Virus record (IMG/VR): IMGVR_UViG_2671180366_000014
DNA length: 19,464 nucleotides
Strand: one strand, 5' to 3'
DNA from: a virus
Taxonomy: Duplodnaviria > Heunggongvirae > Uroviricota > Caudoviricetes
Position numbers and translations under genes: made by a program. Below the pieces are notes generated by a model. That model did not search any database. It was given only the letters and a program-made list of their open reading frames with translations, and was not told the origin of the DNA. Shown here one piece after another: positions 15,591 through 19,464 of this stretch (position 1 is its first letter; each line of letters starts with the position of its first letter).

Positions 15591-16416
15591 GGACCGCCTC
15601 CAGACGCTTGGCGAGCCAGCGTTGCGACAGGCGGGTGAGTTCTCCTTTGCGCTGCTCATATTCCATGCCCATATCAATTAACGTGATATTGGTGCTTTCG
15701 AGATATGAGAGGTGTTCAAGCTGTTCTGCGTTCATATGGTCGCGAGGTTCGCCAGAATAGCCATTTATCCGCGCCCACTGCTTGGCAGTTAGCCCACCAA
15801 GAACGATACGAGAAATCATATTGCTCTCGTTTGTGTAGTGGTGTTGCTGCGTCGTTTTACCCATCTCGGCACGGGCCATATTCAGCGCATCGCACATTGG
15901 CTTAAAGTTGTTTGCGGCACTGATACGGGCTTTTAGCTGGCGACGATAGCGGGCGGCGATTTCAGGCACGCTACGCTGTAATTCTTCCTCGCACTGGATG
16001 AAATAACGGCGGATAGCGCGCCCCTGATCATTGCGTTCGATCATTGCCAGTTCTTTCGCCATTCCGACACTTAACAGATAGTCTTTGCCGGGTCTGCCAG
16101 AGTGCTTAATCTTGCTGTAAACCGCGCCATTCGGGCTTTTCCCCAAATTTGGGGAAATTGTTTTATGGACTGAGTAATCGTGCCCAATGGTGAAGTCATA
16201 TTCAGAGATGCGATCAGTGATCCATGTAGAGAAGTCTTTTCCCACGCCCAACGCTTTGTGTAACGCTTTTGCGCTAACAATATTGGTTTCACGCCCACCG
16301 ATATGACCAGGAATAACCGGGACAATTGCGGCAAATTCATTACCGTTAATTGTGCCCAGAGAGGCGTTCGGATGAGGGGCGGCCTCAGAAATTAATCTGC
16401 TTTTTTCGATGTTCAT
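15583..16416 (-). CDS. phage regulatory protein, Rha / antirepressor-like, 277 aa
   Basis: Segment DYLLSVGMAKELAMIERNDQGRAIRRYFIQCEEEL resembles the conserved core of Rha/Ant-type phage regulators, recalled from memory; GGAG RBS 5 nt upstream. Confidence 0.65.
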   Translation of the reverse strand: MNIEKSRLISEAAPHPNASLGTINGNEFAAIVPVIPGHIGGRETNIVSAKALHKALGVGKDFSTWITDRISEYDFTIGHDYSVHKTISPNLGKSPNGAVYSKIKHSGRPGKDYLLSVGMAKELAMIERNDQGRAIRRYFIQCEEELQRSVPEIAARYRRQLKARISAANNFKPMCDALNMARAEMGKTTQQHHYTNESNMISRIVLGGLTAKQWARINGYSGEPRDHMNAEQLEHLSYLESTNITLIDMGMEYEQRKGELTRLSQRWLAKRLEAVHV

Positions 16417-16428
16417 TTTCAGTCTCCG

Positions 16429-16860
16429 TTAGGCGGCGTTAAACGCGTTCGGGTAGAGTTTCAGAATGTCGGCAATTTCCTGCTGAGAAAGTCCGTTGTG
16501 ATCATTTATGTTCGCAAGATGGTTAACATGAGTGATCACTTTCAGAACATCACCACGGCAGGAGAAACGGTAGCGAAGGTGTGTTCCGATACCATCAGGA
16601 TTCTTTTCGTCGATACGCTCCAGAGTGATTCCAAGCTGGCGTTCTAACTCTGTTGCATAGTTACGACCAGAAGACAGACGGCAGTAGCGAAGAATGTCAT
16701 TTTCTGTCCATCCCTCTATACCAGTACGCAGCATATAGACTCTGGCACGATGCTTTTTCGGTGTGCGCTTTGGTGCTTGAAGGGATTTTGTCAGGGGCGT
16801 AACATCAGATACGCGAATATCTGAATTAGCCGCCTGTAATGGGCGGTTTTTCTTTTCCAT
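16429..16860 (-). CDS. hypothetical protein, 143 aa
   Basis: ATG overlaps the AlpA stop (ATGA); basic N-terminus. Confidence 0.6.
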   Translation of the reverse strand: MEKKNRPLQAANSDIRVSDVTPLTKSLQAPKRTPKKHRARVYMLRTGIEGWTENDILRYCRLSSGRNYATELERQLGITLERIDEKNPDGIGTHLRYRFSCRGDVLKVITHVNHLANINDHNGLSQQEIADILKLYPNAFNAA

Positions 16861-17078
16861 CAGGCCACCTTCCCGCGGCGTTCTGCCAGCCAGTTATTAA
16901 TTTCCACCGCATCAAACGCAGTCACGTTATCTGTTAGCTTCACTGGGCGTGGAAGAGTGCCATTTTTAACCCATCTATCAATAGTAGGCAGTGAAACACC
17001 TAGCAATTCCGGCATGCGAAAGCGACGGATGTATCCAGTTGTTGGGATAGCTGATGATGCTGGCTTGTGTGCTGTCAT
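16860..17078 (-). CDS. alpA: AlpA-family transcriptional regulator / excisionase-like, 72 aa
   Basis: Segment RMPELLGVSLPTIDRWVKNGTLPRPVKL is the typical AlpA/Vis-type HTH; located next to a P4-type integrase. Confidence 0.8.
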   Translation of the reverse strand: MTAHKPASSAIPTTGYIRRFRMPELLGVSLPTIDRWVKNGTLPRPVKLTDNVTAFDAVEINNWLAERRGKVA

Positions 17079-17160
17079 ATCTCTAGTAACCTCTCTGATA
17101 GCTCATGAAGTTACTTAAAGTTTAGTGGTTGCCCATACAGTATTTCTATTAAGACTAGAA

Positions 17161-17210
17161 TCTATTGAAAGAAATTATAAATCTATTGAAAAAATACCGA
17201 TCCACTGAAA
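17161..17210. promoter_or_regulatory. three direct repeats TCTATTGAAA / TCTATTGAAA / TCCACTGAAA spaced ~20 bp, upstream of the alpA operon
   Basis: Read directly in the AT-rich intergenic region 17079-17548; candidate operator or arm-type sites. Confidence 0.4.
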
Positions 17211-17548
17211 GATTGCAAATGCAGGTGGGATAATTATTTTCTTTATTTTCAATTAGTTACCAGTTTAAAAAATCATTGTTTTATCAAAGAGTTATATCTT
17301 TCATCGTCATTCATCATGTTTTTACATTTCTTTTTATCTTTTATTATTCAATTGGTTGAGTCGGTTTATAATGGCTCATGATGGCTTAAAATGGCTAATG
17401 ATAGCTGGCGTATCTTTTAGAGATGGGGTGATTACAGATGAACTAAGCCGAACAGATATAGCAATGGCTAGGCGAGAATTATCTATGCTGGTGGAGATGG
17501 GTAAACAGGTAATGCCCCGCCATTGCTTTGGAGGGGCGTGAAAAGTGA

Positions 17549-18199
17549 TTAGTCGAGATCGTGGACAGCTAATAAAGCCCGTGAGATTTTTTCTAGGAAT
17601 GTGGCTTTTGCTATTCCTTTATGGGATATCCCTTCATCCTTGATTAAGGTTTCTATGTCACGGTATATAGCTGTGCGATTAGGTTTCCCATTTTGGATGT
17701 AGGAAGATGAGCCTGATTTTTTTATCAGCAGATGTACTATCAACCCCATCATTTTCATTGTCCCGTTTTCCTCATCCTGCTTTCTATGCTGCCCACGTCC
17801 GCTGCGGTTGGTTTCTTTGATGTAGTTTACTAACTGGAGTCCTCCAAGGTTTCGGGCTTTTTCTTCCCAGCCCTTGGTGCCACGCAAATCATCAATCGCT
17901 TCTGATATTTTCTGAACAATTATTTCTGGTGTATTTGTGTCAATAAATGGGTAAGAAGCTAAGAAAATATCAAGGGCATGGCAAGGCTCGTCTTTACTAG
18001 TTTTTTCACCTCTGTACACCTTGATAGCTCTGGCAAGATGAGTTCTGACAAAATCGACATATTCGAAATTTTCCTCAGGCACATCGCTAATGCGCATAGA
18101 TGGGTTTAGGCCAGCCAAGGCCACAGCCATTTCATGAGGGGTAATCGATACAGATGAACAAAGCCGTTCGATTGGCGATTTTCTCAAGATGTTGTTCAC
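17549..18199 (-). CDS. hypothetical protein, 216 aa
   Basis: ATG overlaps the integrase stop (ATGA), so it is co-transcribed with int; no motif recognised. Confidence 0.65.
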   Translation of the reverse strand: MNNILRKSPIERLCSSVSITPHEMAVALAGLNPSMRISDVPEENFEYVDFVRTHLARAIKVYRGEKTSKDEPCHALDIFLASYPFIDTNTPEIIVQKISEAIDDLRGTKGWEEKARNLGGLQLVNYIKETNRSGRGQHRKQDEENGTMKMMGLIVHLLIKKSGSSSYIQNGKPNRTAIYRDIETLIKDEGISHKGIAKATFLEKISRALLAVHDLD

Positions 18200-19464
18200 A
18201 TTTGCCTCCGGGCTTTATCGAATGGCGTTACGTTGTAGTCTTTCCCGCTTTCCAGTGCCACCAGCAGATCAGCCCACTGTGCCAGCGCAGCTTTACGCTC
18301 ATCAAAATACTGATGGCGGTTATAAATCCCCTCCACACCCTTAATGCGATGATTGAGGCATCGTTCCGCTACGACAGGATCAACACCCAATGCTGCTAAA
18401 TGAGTACGTGCGGTACGCCGGAAGTCGTGAATCGTGAAATTAGGCACATCCGGCATTTCGGCGCGAACCTTAGCCAGTGCTACGGGTAAAGTGCTTTCCT
18501 GAATATGTGGGATCATTCTGTTTTGCATCTTCCTGGCTGGAAGCACCCATGCGCTATTACATGAAAAGGTGTGTAGCTCTCTCAACCATTCAACGGCAGG
18601 AGAAGGTAGAGGTATATCAATAGGGTCTCCGTTTTTGCTGCGTTCTTCCGGCAAATGCCATACCGCACCATCTAAATCAAACTCTTCCCATCGCGCGGCG
18701 CATAACTCCATCTTACGAACGCATAGTGCCAGCAATAGCTTAAATGTCAGTTCGTTCTGGCGGCTGAATCCTTTTGCGGTGCGCATAGCCTCGAATAGCC
18801 TGATAAGCTCATCGCGAGTTAGCCAACGGTCGCGGGAAACCTCTTTACCACCAGCATCAGATACTTCAAACGCTGAACAAGGGTTTATTTCCAGAGCGTG
18901 GCGTTTTATCCCATAGTCAAAGATACGGCGTGTCCAGCGTAATACATCTGTTGCTATCGTTGGTGCTCCTCGGTCAACGATACCTTTCAACATGTCGTCA
19001 ATGTGGCGTGGCTTAACGTCCTCTACCTTCATATGCCCAATGCAGGGGTTAATATCCTTATCAATTCTCCGGCGAAGGATATCGGGATGTTTCCATCTCG
19101 GAAGTATCTGGCGCTCGAAGTATTCGGAGGCCAGATCTGAAACACGCATGGCGTTTTTCTCAGCCTCCATTTTTGCCAGTGCTTCAGCTTTTCGTTCCTG
19201 TTTCTCTGCTGCTACGTCATAGCCAAGAGCAACTCTGGCTGACAGCTCTTTTGCTGTTTCTCTGGCTTTTGATAGTGACAGTTCGGAGTAAGAGCCTATA
19301 ACCATAGCCCGCTGCTTTCCTGCGAGCTTATAGCGGAATCGCCAGAACGGGACTGTGTAGTTTTTGGGGTAGCAAATATAAAGGCCGTTGCCGTCTGCCT
19401 TGCCATCAAATCTGTCTCCCGCCTTTATCCATGCGCGGATCTGCATATCTGTGAGTTTTGGCAT
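18196..19464 (-). CDS. int: tyrosine site-specific integrase (P4 / CP4-57-like), 422 aa
   Basis: C-terminal catalytic signature HDFRRTARTHL ... GIYNRHQY (R, H-x-x-R, Y); N-terminal arm-binding-like region; start codon lies at the window edge. Confidence 0.9.
   Translation of the reverse strand: MPKLTDMQIRAWIKAGDRFDGKADGNGLYICYPKNYTVPFWRFRYKLAGKQRAMVIGSYSELSLSKARETAKELSARVALGYDVAAEKQERKAEALAKMEAEKNAMRVSDLASEYFERQILPRWKHPDILRRRIDKDINPCIGHMKVEDVKPRHIDDMLKGIVDRGAPTIATDVLRWTRRIFDYGIKRHALEINPCSAFEVSDAGGKEVSRDRWLTRDELIRLFEAMRTAKGFSRQNELTFKLLLALCVRKMELCAARWEEFDLDGAVWHLPEERSKNGDPIDIPLPSPAVEWLRELHTFSCNSAWVLPARKMQNRMIPHIQESTLPVALAKVRAEMPDVPNFTIHDFRRTARTHLAALGVDPVVAERCLNHRIKGVEGIYNRHQYFDERKAALAQWADLLVALESGKDYNVTPFDKARRQM

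Larger units (their letters stand above)
1000..19464. mobile_element. P4 / CP4-57-type integrative element (satellite- or PICI-like); both boundaries undetermined
   Basis: Colinear int - alpA - Rha-like - small coupled ORFs - primase-helicase backbone plus a compositionally distinct accessory region. The integrase-side att must lie beyond 19464; the left end lies somewhere between the dinD LexA box and about 1370. Confidence 0.55.

Noticed and set aside
17356-17541. Plus-strand 61-aa ORF in the int/alpA intergenic region as a divergent small regulator
   Set aside because: Weak RBS and no recognisable HTH; it could be real but is not supportable from sequence alone.
18196-19464. tRNA or att site next to the integrase
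   Set aside because: No tRNA-like sequence is visible within the window; the integrase start is at the window edge, so the attachment site is presumably beyond 19464.

Overview
The window reads as the integrase-proximal ~18 kb of a P4 / CP4-57-type integrative element (satellite- or PICI-like) in an enterobacterial chromosome, next to a dinD homolog that carries a LexA box. The right half (10.3-19.5 kb, all minus strand) is a recognisable backbone: tyrosine integrase, a 216-aa unknown, an AlpA-like regulator, a Rha/antirepressor-like protein, a chain of translationally coupled small ORFs and a 918-aa zinc-ribbon primase-helicase. The left half (2.6-10.3 kb) is accessory cargo bounded by ~110-bp imperfect inverted repeats with a 44-bp perfect core, built from the 9-mer GTTGGTTCA. 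The cargo holds (i) an AT-rich two-gene module (318-aa soluble protein plus 145-aa 4-TM protein), (ii) an orphan ~119-aa 4-TM protein behind an ~830-bp non-coding gap, and (iii) a three-gene minus-strand operon (57 aa, 447 aa, 705 aa) encoding large Ala/Gly/Gln-rich proteins. I cannot assign a function to any cargo protein from sequence alone; these are the best candidates for an undescribed system, possibly phage interference. All product names are from recognition by eye, not from searches. No rRNA, tRNA or CRISPR array was seen.
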